Below, piece after piece: positions 1 to 8,900 of a DNA stretch of 64,000 bases (position 1 is the stretch's first letter; each line of letters begins with the position of its first letter). This DNA is from an uncultured Candidatus Saccharibacteria bacterium (GTDB taxonomy: Bacteria > Patescibacteriota > Minisyncoccia > Phycocordibacterales > CAIRYW01). The translations under genes were made by a program, and so were the position numbers. Location: NCBI GenBank assembly GCA_964446625.1, contig CAYUPH010000003.1, forward strand, positions 64,192-128,191, written 5' to 3'. The notes under the pieces are model-generated. The model was given only the letters and a program-made list of their open reading frames with translations. It was not told the origin of the DNA and searched no databases.

Positions 1-1040
1 GCTCCCGTCCCATAGTGTCCAAGCACATAGTCGGCTACCCAAACAGGTACTTCTTCTCCATTTGCTGGATTGATAGCTTTTATACCCTTTATCTCGATTC
101 CTGTTTTTTCCTTTTTATCATTTGTTCTTTCTTCCTCAGACTTGTTTTTACAATCTTTGATATAGTTCTCTAGCTCTGCTTTGTTTTGTATTTCATTTTT
201 AAATTTTAAGTCCTCGTTCATAAATCTCTCTGCTATTTCTGGCGCAAGCACAACATAAGTAACACCAAAAAGCGTATCCGCTCTTGTTGTAAATACTTCA
301 ATTTCTCCAATTTCATTCTTAATTCCTAAATCATAAATCTTAAATCTGATTTCAGAACCTTCACTTCTTCCTATCCAGTTTTCTTGTTGGAGTTTTACAG
401 CACTTGGCCATTCGGATAAATCTTTAAGTCCCTCAAGAAGTTTTTCTGCATAGTCTGTAATTTTAAGATACCACTGCCGAAGATTTTTCTTTTCTACTTC
501 GGCGCCACATCTTTCGCATTTACCATCGACGACTTCTTCGTTTGCGAGACCAGTTTTGTCCTTTGGACACCAGTTTATTTCTCCTTCCTTTTCATATGCA
601 AGACCCGCTTTCCAAAACTCAAGAAAAATCTTTTGAGTCCACTTGTAATACTCGGGGTCCGTTGTGTTAATTTCCCTAGACCAATCGTAGCCCGTTCCCC
701 AAGAGATAAGTTGTTTTTTTGCATTAGCAATATTTTTCTTTGTTGAAACAGAAGGGTGAATTTTGTTTTTGATTGCATAGTTTTCAGCAGGAAGACCAAA
801 AGCGTCCCATCCGATTGGGTACATTGCGTTCATGCCTTGCAGTTTGTAGAATTTTGAAACCACGTCTCCTGCGACAAATGGTCTCATGTGACCCATATGA
901 AGTCCTGCTCCTGAAGGATACGGAAACTCAACAAGAATCATTTTTTTCTTTCCTTTTGCTTTTTCACTTGCAAAAAAAGTCTTTTTGTCTTGCCAGAACT
1001 TCTGCCACTTCTTCTCTATTTTCTTTGGGTCGTATTTCAT
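1..1040 (-). CDS. leuS: leucine--tRNA ligase, N-terminal part (gene runs off window start)
   Basis: Reverse-strand translation from ATG (rc CAT ~1038-1040) gives MKYDPKKIEKKWQKFWQDKKTFFAS...FPYPSGAGLHMGHMRPF... with class I HMGH motif and LeuRS-type N-terminus; no stop before position 1 so absent from ORF track. Confidence 0.85.
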   Translation of the reverse strand, partial: MKYDPKKIEKKWQKFWQDKKTFFASEKAKGKKKMILVEFPYPSGAGLHMGHMRPFVAGDVVSKFYKLQGMNAMYPIGWDAFGLPAENYAIKNKIHPSVSTKKNIANAKKQLISWGTGYDWSREINTTDPEYYKWTQKIFLEFWKAGLAYEKEGEINWCPKDKTGLANEEVVDGKCERCGAEVEKKNLRQWYLKITDYAEKLLEGLKDLSEWPSAVKLQQENWIGRSEGSEIRFKIYDLGIKNEIGEIEVFTTRADTLFGVTYVVLAPEIAERFMNEDLKFKNEIQNKAELENYIKDCKNKSEEERTNDKKEKTGIEIKGIKAINPANGEEVPVWVADYVLGHYGTG

Positions 1041-1094
1041 GTGTAAAACTATACCATTTTTTAAACTTTTTTGAAGGAAAGGGTGAAATGGGTA

Positions 1095-1125
1095 AAAATA
1101 AACAAAAAGCCGCGCTTCGCGCGGC
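1095..1125 (-). terminator. Rho-independent terminator downstream of ychF
   Basis: GC hairpin gccgcgc-ttc-gcgcggc (~1109-1125) followed on minus strand by T-run (plus A-run 1095-1108). Confidence 0.5.
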
Positions 1126-1143
1126 TGGAATGCGAACTAAGAG

Positions 1144-2241
1144 TTACACCTTGAACTCAATCACATCTCCGTCTTTGACGATATATTCTTTTCCTTCTGT
1201 TCGTAGGTAGCCTTTTTCTCTGCACACGGCGTATGAACCAGCTTCAACAAACTTCTCATACGCAACAATGTCGGCTCTAATAAACCTATCTTTAAAATCG
1301 TTATGAATCGCTGCTCCGGCAACAGGTGCAGTTGAATTTTTTTGTATAGTCCACGCCCGCGTCTCGGCTTCTCCAGTCGTAAAAAAAGTTTCAAGTCCAA
1401 GCAGGTCGTAGGCTTTTTTAATAAGTTCATTTATTCCGTCGTCTTTTGCACCAAGCTCGCTTCGAAAGGCGCTCTTTTCCTCCGCGGACAGGTCTTTTAA
1501 CTCGTCTTCGATTCCAGCGTCCACAATTGTATATGTTGCTCCTTTTGCTTTAAAAAATTCAAGAAGTTTCTGCCATCTTTCATCATTTTCTTCGTCGAGG
1601 TTTTTTGCACCCGCCTTTTTATTGAGTACATACATAAAAGGCTTTAGTGTAAGGAGAGCCAGGCTTTTGATTACTGCTTTATCTTCCTCTGAAAGGTCCG
1701 CTTCACCTGCAAGTTTTTCCGCTTCAAGCGACGCTTTTATCTTTTCTAAAATCTCTTTTTCTTTTATTGCCACTTTGTCTCCCCTTTTTACATCCTTTTC
1801 AACATTTCCAAGTCGTTTTGTTACACTCTGAATGTCTGCGAGGATAAGCTCGAGGTTTATTACTTCAATATCTGCTAGAGGGTTGATTCGTCCGTCAACA
1901 TGAATAATATTTCCGTCTTCGAAAATTCGCACAACTTCAGCGATAGCGTTTACTTCACGAATGTGTGAAAGAAATTGGTTCCCAAGCCCTTCTCCTTCAC
2001 TCGCGCCTTTTACAAGGCCGGCAATGTCCACAAACTCTACAATCGCGGGCACAGTCTTCTTTGTATTTGAAAGTTTTGAAAGTGTATAAAGCCTCTCGTC
2101 AGGAACTGCAACGACGCCCACAGACGGGTCGATAGTTGCAAATGGGTAGTTAGCGGCAAGAACACCCTTTTTTGTAAGGGCGTTAAAAAGCGTAGATTTT
2201 CCCACATTTGGTAGACCAACAATTCCAATACTTAGATTCAT
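1144..2241 (-). CDS. ychF: ribosome-binding ATPase YchF (Obg-family GTPase, OLA1-like)
   Basis: 365 aa; N-terminal G1 motif GIVGLPNVGKSTLFNALT, C-terminal TGS domain (...KEYIVKDGDVIEFKV) typical of YchF. Confidence 0.9.
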   Translation of the reverse strand: MNLSIGIVGLPNVGKSTLFNALTKKGVLAANYPFATIDPSVGVVAVPDERLYTLSKLSNTKKTVPAIVEFVDIAGLVKGASEGEGLGNQFLSHIREVNAIAEVVRIFEDGNIIHVDGRINPLADIEVINLELILADIQSVTKRLGNVEKDVKRGDKVAIKEKEILEKIKASLEAEKLAGEADLSEEDKAVIKSLALLTLKPFMYVLNKKAGAKNLDEENDERWQKLLEFFKAKGATYTIVDAGIEDELKDLSAEEKSAFRSELGAKDDGINELIKKAYDLLGLETFFTTGEAETRAWTIQKNSTAPVAGAAIHNDFKDRFIRADIVAYEKFVEAGSYAVCREKGYLRTEGKEYIVKDGDVIEFKV

Positions 2242-2371
2242 TTTTTTGTTTGAAGTTAAAAAAGCCTAAGGAGTAAAAAGACTTTTCTCAATCATACCCA
2301 AAAACAGCAAAAAAACAAAAACAACTGCAAAAACTCCCTTTCTTGCTCCTCAAAAAACCCACACCAAAAAC

Positions 2372-2435
2372 TTCAAGGGCGGTCCTTGTAACAAACGAGC
2401 CTTATGCCACAACAAACTCAAGGACCGCCCTTGAA
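2372..2435. repeat. 17-bp perfect GC-rich inverted repeat with ~30-nt spacer (long hairpin) between small ORF and ychF
   Basis: ttcaagggcggtccttg ... caaggaccgcccttgaa; on minus strand followed by T-rich tract (aagtttttggtgtgggtttttt) so could act as terminator or structured leader. Confidence 0.5.
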
Positions 2436-2457
2436 AGTTTCTGTGGTTTACTTTTGT

Positions 2458-2682
2458 TTACTGGTTTAGAGCCTTAAGTTCGTTCTCATATCTTTTCATC
2501 ACTTCCATAACCGCGTCCATCTGGCTCTTTCCCTTTTTCATTTCTTCCTGAGACTCTTCAGCGATTTTTTTAAATAGGTCGGGGTTTTTCTCTATCATTG
2601 CAAAGATTTTCTCCTGTTGTTCCGCAGGAATATCTTTCATTTTGCTTTGTAAAAGTTTCTTCATTAAAAAGTTTCCAAACAT
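2458..2682 (-). CDS. small hypothetical protein (74 aa, charged/helical)
   Basis: Intact ORF with ATG, lysine/glutamate-rich, no recognisable motif. Confidence 0.35.
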   Translation of the reverse strand: MFGNFLMKKLLQSKMKDIPAEQQEKIFAMIEKNPDLFKKIAEESQEEMKKGKSQMDAVMEVMKRYENELKALNQ

Positions 2683-2779
2683 ATATTTTTGATTAATTGT
2701 ATAGGCTTCGCATTATATCAAACACCCTTTTTTCTCGCCAGATGTTTTTGATTTTGGTTCTTTTTGGTAAAATAAACAC

Positions 2780-3601
2780 ATGATAAAAAGAATTCTTGTT
2801 TTCGTTGCAATCATATTTGTAAGTCTCGGCGTATACAGCATGAGTATTACTATGCAAACTGGTAGCACAGAAGCTCTCCTCCGAGATGCGTTTACAAACC
2901 TTTTGGAGAGTGAGTTCTATGTTGCTCTTGCAAGTCCAGAAAGCGCGTTTGTAAAAATTCCCGAAGGTTCACGAAAGGAGCAAATTCTTGCCTACCTCGA
3001 CAAACGATTTGTGTGGGATGAAAAAGACGAAGAAGCTTTTCTTGCCTTTGATGAAATCCGCAAGACAAAACATGAAGGAACTTATTTTCCAGACACTTAC
3101 CTAATGCCTCAGGACGCAACAGGAAGCGAAGTTAGAAAAATAATGGAAGAGCGTTTTGATACAAAGCTTGAAGCGCTCCGTCAGGAAGCAAAAAAGAAAA
3201 ATATCAATTTTGATACGGCGGTAAACATTGCTTCTATTATTCAGCGAGAGGCTGCCGGCAAAAGCGATCGAAACATTGTTTCAGGAATTATTTGGAACAG
3301 AATTTTTGCAGGTATGAAATTGCAGATGGACGCAACCCTTCAGTACGCAAAAGGTACCGAAGATAACGGATGGTGGCCAAAAGTTGTTCCTGCCGACAAA
3401 AAAATTGAGTCTCCGTACAATACTTATAAATACGCAGGACTTCCACCAAGCCCGATTGCAAACCCAGGACTTGCTTCTATAAAAGCTGCGCTAAACCCGA
3501 CAAAAACGTCTTGCCTGTTTTATTTTCACAAAGACGGCGTGATTTATTGTTCTAAAAACTACGAGGAGCACAAAAGAAAAATTGATTTATATTTGAAATA
3601 A
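2780..3601 (+). CDS. mltG: endolytic murein transglycosylase MltG (YceG family)
   Basis: N-terminal TM helix, C-terminal YceG signature ...YNTYKYAGLPPSPIANPGLASIKAALNP... Confidence 0.85.
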   Translation: MIKRILVFVAIIFVSLGVYSMSITMQTGSTEALLRDAFTNLLESEFYVALASPESAFVKIPEGSRKEQILAYLDKRFVWDEKDEEAFLAFDEIRKTKHEGTYFPDTYLMPQDATGSEVRKIMEERFDTKLEALRQEAKKKNINFDTAVNIASIIQREAAGKSDRNIVSGIIWNRIFAGMKLQMDATLQYAKGTEDNGWWPKVVPADKKIESPYNTYKYAGLPPSPIANPGLASIKAALNPTKTSCLFYFHKDGVIYCSKNYEEHKRKIDLYLK

Positions 3602-3621
3602 AAAAAAGCCTACAAAGTAGG

Positions 3622-4014
3622 CTACTCTCTCGAAAAATGGATAAGGCTTCTAATGAAACAGCCCCGCATAGATCTAACAGCATCGGTAACTGCGAATTCT
3701 GCAAAGAACTCAACAGTTATTTCGTCATATGGTGATTTCACCATTATGAACTCAATCCCATCTTCCGTGATGTTTGGAATTATGGGTATCTGTGTCTTTC
3801 TCTTATTTTTCCTTCCTTTTACCCACTTCACCCACCCTTTAACTTTTACATAAACTATCTTCGGCGTATCGCTTTGATGGCGGATTGTGATTTTTTTTAA
3901 TCTTGTGTTAGGTGGGACCTCAGGATAGCCACCAGTGGGTATTGGAAATTTTTCATGAACAATTCTTTCTTCACCCTTATTTCTACGGTTTAAAAAAACA
4001 AATTCAATTTTCAT
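3622..4014 (-). CDS. hypothetical protein (130 aa, basic)
   Basis: ORF with ATG start; hairpin agcctac-aaa-gtaggct + T-run immediately at its 3' end (plus ~3608-3625); no family recognised. Confidence 0.4.
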   Translation of the reverse strand: MKIEFVFLNRRNKGEERIVHEKFPIPTGGYPEVPPNTRLKKITIRHQSDTPKIVYVKVKGWVKWVKGRKNKRKTQIPIIPNITEDGIEFIMVKSPYDEITVEFFAEFAVTDAVRSMRGCFIRSLIHFSRE

Positions 4015-4111
4015 AGTTTTATGGGTAATGCCACTTTCAATCCTACCTTAGAAGTAAAATTTGTAAATTAACCTCTCTCTTCTTTTTACTTTCCCGCCTC
4101 TGTGTTAGAAT

Positions 4112-5395
4112 TTGCGCATTATTTTATTTGCCAAACACATGAGCGATATCAAAAACAAAGAATTAAAAGCTGAAGGAAAAAAGAAAATCGAATGGGCACG
4201 AAAGGACATGCCGGTTCTTTGTGAAATTGCAGACGATTTTAAAAAAAGAAAGCCTCTTAAGGGACTACGAATTGCCGCGTGCCTACACGTTACTGCAGAG
4301 ACTGCAAACCTATGTCGAACCCTTAAGGATGGAGGCGCGGAAGTTTTTCTTTGTGCATCAAACCCGCTTTCTACACAGGATGATGTCGCCGCTTCCCTTT
4401 CAGAAGATTTTGGAATTCATACTTTTGCAATTAAGGGCGAAGATTCAAAAACATATTTTAACCATATAAATTCTGTTCTGGATGCAGGTCCGCAGATTGT
4501 GATGGACGACGGTGCGGACCTTGTTTCCGAGCTTCATAAAGCAAGGCAAAATCAAATCCCAGAACTTATTGGAAGCACAGAAGAAACAACAACAGGTGTA
4601 ATTCGACTACAGGCACTTGCAAAAGAAAAGAAACTCCAGGTTCCTGTGATTGCAGTCAATGAAAGCAAGACAAAGCATATGTTTGATAACCGGTACGGTA
4701 CTGGACAAAGCACACTCGACGGAATTATACGAGCAACAAACAAACTCCTTGCGGGAAATGTTTTTGTTGTCGCTGGCTACGGCTGGTGTGGTAAGGGTCT
4801 TGCAATGCGAGCGCGAGGAATGGGTGCCCGAGTTGTTGTTACAGAAATCGATAGTGTCAAAGCCCTCGAAGCAAACATGGACGGCTTTGAAGTTCTACCG
4901 ATGTCAAAGGCGGCAAAAATTGCTGACTTTATTTGTACTGTAACTGGTAACAAACATGTACTGCGGGAAGAGCATTTTAAAACACTAAAGGACGGGTGTA
5001 TTATTTCAAACTCAGGACACTTTGATATCGAGATTGATCTCGTAGCTCTAAAGAAAATGAGCAAAAAAGTGCAGAGCGCTCGACCTTACAACGAAGAATA
5101 CGAACTAAAAGACGGACGAAAAGTATATGTGATTGCAGAGGGACGCCTTGTAAACCTTGGAAGCGCAGAAGGACACCCATCGAGCGTTATGGATATGAGT
5201 TTTGCAAACCAAGCTATGGCAGCAGAATTTTTGGTAAAGAACAAGGGAAAAATTGTAAAAGATGTTCATGTGCTTCCTGAAGAGTTAGACCACAAAATTG
5301 CAGGACTTAAACTAAAAGCGCTTCATATCTCGATAGATAAACTCACAGCCGATCAAAAGAAATACCTCAGTAGTTGGGAGGAAGGGACGAATTAG
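4112..5395 (+). CDS. ahcY: adenosylhomocysteinase (S-adenosyl-L-homocysteine hydrolase)
   Basis: 427 aa; NAD-binding Rossmann GYGWCGKG, overall SAHH architecture; true start may be the internal MSDIKNK (~4139). Confidence 0.9.
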   Translation: MRIILFAKHMSDIKNKELKAEGKKKIEWARKDMPVLCEIADDFKKRKPLKGLRIAACLHVTAETANLCRTLKDGGAEVFLCASNPLSTQDDVAASLSEDFGIHTFAIKGEDSKTYFNHINSVLDAGPQIVMDDGADLVSELHKARQNQIPELIGSTEETTTGVIRLQALAKEKKLQVPVIAVNESKTKHMFDNRYGTGQSTLDGIIRATNKLLAGNVFVVAGYGWCGKGLAMRARGMGARVVVTEIDSVKALEANMDGFEVLPMSKAAKIADFICTVTGNKHVLREEHFKTLKDGCIISNSGHFDIEIDLVALKKMSKKVQSARPYNEEYELKDGRKVYVIAEGRLVNLGSAEGHPSSVMDMSFANQAMAAEFLVKNKGKIVKDVHVLPEELDHKIAGLKLKALHISIDKLTADQKKYLSSWEEGTN

Positions 5396-5470
5396 AAGAA
5401 GAATCAAGATTTAAGAATTACGAATTAGGAATGAAGAGTTGAGAATAAAAAAAGCCGAAGAGTGTAATTC

Positions 5471-5854
5471 TTAGGCTGTAGCGTTGAACTGAATTTGAAA
5501 AAGGAGCGTAAAGCTTTTCATGCCGAGACGGAACATTGTGCCGTTTTCCATGCTTGAGGCACCAGCTTCCATTGCTTCACCTAACGTCATTTTTTCCCCA
5601 AGCTCAATTGCTTTCTCCGTTGCACCTGGGCCGTTCAAGTGGAGGGTATTGGGAATAGGTGCATCAGACCGGCTGACTATTGCCGTGGTAATTTCACCCC
5701 ACTGAATCCCGTCCGTTGCAAGGTTCAAAGTCGCACCAGCAAGGGATTTTGCGAAGGGAGCTACGGTCATTACCGACTGTTCGCCAGCGTCCAAGATGAG
5801 AACGAGGTAATGGTCCTTTTCTAATTTAACCCGGATGAATACGTTTGTTTTCAT
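5471..5854 (-). CDS. hypothetical small protein (possible roadblock/LC7-like fold)
   Basis: Likely start MKTNVFIRV... inside longer track ORF 5471..5977; sequence LVLILDAGEQSVMTVAPFAKSLAGATLNLATDG weakly resembles roadblock/MglB pattern. Confidence 0.4.
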   Translation of the reverse strand: MKTNVFIRVKLEKDHYLVLILDAGEQSVMTVAPFAKSLAGATLNLATDGIQWGEITTAIVSRSDAPIPNTLHLNGPGATEKAIELGEKMTLGEAMEAGASSMENGTMFRLGMKSFTLLFQIQFNATA

Positions 5855-5913
5855 AGCTAAAACTACAATAGCAATTAAAAAAAATAAATCAAACAATAAA
5901 AAAACCAGAGGGG

Positions 5914-6195
5914 TTAGCTCTGGGTATCGACGGGTATCGCGGTTACTCCTAAATATCTGAGCTCTTCGACTAGGCACCTTGCTGTGTGAAGAGCTTTTAA
6001 TTCGTTGAATGCACCTGTTCCGCGAGTGATTTCAGGCGGATTTTCTCCCAATTTTCTTTCACTTTTTAAGAGTGAGAACACTCCTGTTCGCATGATTTCG
6101 ACGATCAGCATTGCGAGTCCAGTTGTGTCGATTTCTTCAGGATCATCAACCTGCAAACAGAGTTTCTCGTCTATATATAATTCAAAAAATGGCAT
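5914..6195 (-). CDS. hypothetical small protein (93 aa), co-oriented with 5471..5854
   Basis: Intact ORF; motif LCLQVDDPEEI loosely similar to Cys-x-PEE/MPC motifs of the 24.5-25.9 kb paralogs. Confidence 0.4.
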   Translation of the reverse strand: MPFFELYIDEKLCLQVDDPEEIDTTGLAMLIVEIMRTGVFSLLKSERKLGENPPEITRGTGAFNELKALHTARCLVEELRYLGVTAIPVDTQS

Positions 6196-6271
6196 ACTTA
6201 ATAAATAAAATCATACAGAATTCTAAGAAGCAAACATTTTCTTTTTCTGTTACTTTGCTAGACTATTAAAA

Positions 6272-7210
6272 ATGAAAAAAAATAAACAAAGTAAAAGGGT
6301 TTTGGTGTCAGGTTCGGTTGTGTACGACACTATTTTTAGTTTGCATGGAAATATTCAAGACCAAATAGTTCTCGAAAATGGAAAGCTAGGTCATCAGAAT
6401 CTTATGTTCACTGGAAAAGAAAAAAAAGTTTTCTTTGGTGGAACTGGAGGAAACATTGTCTACGGACTTTCTAAACTAGGTGTGCTTCCCTATCTTGTTT
6501 CTGCGGTGGGAAAAGATTTTGGAGAATACAAGGATTATTTGAAAGGTAAAGCGGAACTTAAAGTTTTGGAAGATAAAAGTGGATACACAAGTGTCTTCTA
6601 TGCTATGACTGACGAAGCGGGAGAGCAAATTGGAGTTTTCCAAACTGGCGTGTATGCAAAGAGGGTTGAAAAGCTCGCGCTTTCTTCCCTACTTTCTGCG
6701 ACAGAACTTTCTAAAGTTGAAGTGGGTATTTTTGCGGCAGGAACTGCGAAAAGCATTGCGTCCCAAATGACAGAACTTCGAAAAGTAAACAAGAACGCCA
6801 TTATTATTTTTGATCCGGGACAAATGCTTGGAATTGATTTTACAAAAAGTCTTCTCGAGAAAGTGCTCAAAGTCGCGGACATAGTAATTGTAAATGATGT
6901 AGAACAGAAAATTCTTGAAACAAAGTTTGGTTTTGGTTTCGAAAAAGTATTTAAAAAAGGAGTAAAGAAAATTGTTGTGACTGAGGGTTCTCTTGGAAGC
7001 TCGCTTTACACACATGGAGAAGGAAAAATTGAAAAAGTTTTTGTAAAAGCAAAAACTGTAAAAGTGGTGGATCCGACAGGTGCGGGCGATGCTTTTCGTG
7101 CTGGGTTTATAGATGCTCTCCTAAAAGGTAAAACAGAAAAACAAATGCTTGAAGCGGGAAATGCTCTTGGAGCAAAGTGTGTGCAAAAGTTCGGAGGACA
7201 AGGATACTAG
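6272..7210 (+). CDS. PfkB-family carbohydrate/nucleoside kinase (ribokinase/adenosine kinase-like)
   Basis: GG dipeptide region near N-terminus and PfkB signature 2 DPTGAGDAFRAGFIDALLKG near C-terminus. Confidence 0.8.
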   Translation: MKKNKQSKRVLVSGSVVYDTIFSLHGNIQDQIVLENGKLGHQNLMFTGKEKKVFFGGTGGNIVYGLSKLGVLPYLVSAVGKDFGEYKDYLKGKAELKVLEDKSGYTSVFYAMTDEAGEQIGVFQTGVYAKRVEKLALSSLLSATELSKVEVGIFAAGTAKSIASQMTELRKVNKNAIIIFDPGQMLGIDFTKSLLEKVLKVADIVIVNDVEQKILETKFGFGFEKVFKKGVKKIVVTEGSLGSSLYTHGEGKIEKVFVKAKTVKVVDPTGAGDAFRAGFIDALLKGKTEKQMLEAGNALGAKCVQKFGGQGY

Positions 7211-7233
7211 TTTTCTGTATACTTGGAAGTGGT

Positions 7234-7383
7234 ATGACACTTGAAGAAATAATAGCTACCCCTCCCCTTCATGATTCTGTCCGACCTGATCCGGACCAAG
7301 GTATCCTAAAGCGAATGGCAGCTGAAGAAGGTGCTTGGTCTGACCTTGGGGATATTCTTGATGAATACCCAATTATCGGCTAA
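7234..7383 (+). CDS. small hypothetical protein (49 aa from internal MTLEEII)
   Basis: Short ORF directly upstream of a strong terminator; acidic; weak support. Confidence 0.2.
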   Translation: MTLEEIIATPPLHDSVRPDPDQGILKRMAAEEGAWSDLGDILDEYPIIG

Positions 7384-7410
7384 TCCTCAGTAGAAAGTGA
7401 GGAAGATATG

Positions 7411-7439
7411 GCTGATGACTAACATCATCAGCTTTTTTT
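7411..7439 (+). terminator. Rho-independent terminator
   Basis: gctgatga-ctaaca-tcatcagc hairpin followed by TTTTTTT. Confidence 0.65.
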
Positions 7440-7444
7440 ATTCT

Positions 7445-7933
7445 CTACATCATCCGCAAAAGCGCCTCGGCTGCTTCGATACCTTTGTTCATCATGCCAG
7501 TTGAGCGCACGAGAGCCTGCTCTAGTGTGTCTACAGTTAAAATCGCATTTGCAATCGGAGTTTCTTCGGAGAGCATAACATCCATAATTCCTCTTGTAGA
7601 TTCGCCAGAGATAAAAACGTAGTGGTCGGTGTCACCCCGAATCACACACCCTACTGCAATGACGCCTAAAACTTTTTTTTCTTTAATTACTTTTTTTGCA
7701 CAAAGGGGAATTTCGAATGCTCCTGGCGCTTCGACTATGAAAATATTTTTTTCTTGAATCCCTGCTTCCAAAAGGGTTTTGTACGCTCCGTCTCGAAGTG
7801 GGTAAGTAATGTCACTGTTATACGCGGAAACGACAATCGCAACTTTAGTAGTTTTTTTGATTTGTTTCCCCCCACCTGTTTTCTCTTGTTTGCGATTCAT
7901 ATTTTCTTTTTTAGATATTAAAACTTTACTCAA
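7445..7933 (-). CDS. ribH: 6,7-dimethyl-8-ribityllumazine synthase
   Basis: KVAIVVSAYNSDIT...GAFEIP...GCVIRGDTDHYVFI motifs of lumazine synthase; lysine-rich N-terminal extension. Confidence 0.85.
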   Translation of the reverse strand: MSKVLISKKENMNRKQEKTGGGKQIKKTTKVAIVVSAYNSDITYPLRDGAYKTLLEAGIQEKNIFIVEAPGAFEIPLCAKKVIKEKKVLGVIAVGCVIRGDTDHYVFISGESTRGIMDVMLSEETPIANAILTVDTLEQALVRSTGMMNKGIEAAEALLRMM

Positions 7934-8516
7934 ACTTCTCCCCTAGCCTTTCTGCATACCTCGCGATTATATCCGTTTCTATGTTTAAAATGTCGCCCAC
8001 CTTCTTTTCGCCCAGAGTTGTATGCTCAAGTGTATACGGAATGAGGCTGACTTCAAAACGAGTTCCTTTTACTTTTGAAACAGTAAGCGATACGCCTGCG
8101 AGACAAATACTCCCTTTGTAGGCAATATACTTTGCTACACTACTATCTGTATTTAAAGTAAAAACAGTGCTCCCTTCCCCTTTTACTACTTTTTCAATAA
8201 CTCCGATTCCATCAATGTGTCCGTACACAAAATGTCCAGAGATTTTGTCTCCTGCCTTTAAGCTTTCTTCAAAATTAACCTCGCTTCCTGCAACGAGTGC
8301 GCCGAGCGTTGTTTTACCGAGAGTTTCGTTCATGTATTCTACGGTAAACTTATCATCCTCAAGGTTTATTATAGTTGAGCAAACTCCTTCAATTGAAACA
8401 CTCTCACCTTTCTCTAAATTTGCACCCTCTGGCAATGCAAAAGTCACCTTCTTATTTCCAAGCAGGTCTGTTGTTCCGAGTACTTTTGTTTTTGCACTTA
8501 TGATTCCAGTAAACAT
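7926..8516 (-). CDS. ribE: riboflavin synthase alpha subunit
   Basis: MFTGII N-terminus and duplicated lumazine-binding halves (GESVSIEGVCST / GSICLAGVSLTV). Confidence 0.85.
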   Translation of the reverse strand: MFTGIISAKTKVLGTTDLLGNKKVTFALPEGANLEKGESVSIEGVCSTIINLEDDKFTVEYMNETLGKTTLGALVAGSEVNFEESLKAGDKISGHFVYGHIDGIGVIEKVVKGEGSTVFTLNTDSSVAKYIAYKGSICLAGVSLTVSKVKGTRFEVSLIPYTLEHTTLGEKKVGDILNIETDIIARYAERLGEKFE

Positions 8517-8518
8517 GA

Positions 8519-8899
8519 TTAGCAGACAATCGGTCCTTCGTTCCAGTTTTTGTCCGACTTGTCGAGCTCAATTCTAATCATTTCAATGTCGTTTGCAATA
8601 AGCTCCTTTAGTTTCTCTGTATCAGCAATTTCAAAATCATCACGAATCTTTTCACAGATTTTTACGCAGATTTCTTTGCCGTAGAGCTCCCCTTCAAAGT
8701 CCAGAACATGCACTTCGATTACCGATGGGTTGTTTTTTGAAATATAAAGAGCTGCTTTGTGGTGTTCTTCTCCAAGTAGTGCGTACCCTGCGTAGATTCC
8801 AGGTTCCCCTGGATTTTGAAGCACAATATTTGCTGTTGGAAAGCCGATCTTTGTTGCTTCGCCTTTTCCTTTTATTACCTCGCCTTTGTGGGTTGTCAT
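8519..8899 (-). CDS. riboflavin kinase (stand-alone, no FAD synthetase domain)
   Basis: GFPTANI flavokinase motif; 126 aa. Confidence 0.7.
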   Translation of the reverse strand: MTTHKGEVIKGKGEATKIGFPTANIVLQNPGEPGIYAGYALLGEEHHKAALYISKNNPSVIEVHVLDFEGELYGKEICVKICEKIRDDFEIADTEKLKELIANDIEMIRIELDKSDKNWNEGPIVC

Positions 8900-8900
8900 A

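Noticed and set aside
575-1210. Track ORFs 575..799(-) and 773..1210(+)
   Set aside because: Both lie inside/antisense to the leuS coding frame, which has clear LeuRS homology; spurious.
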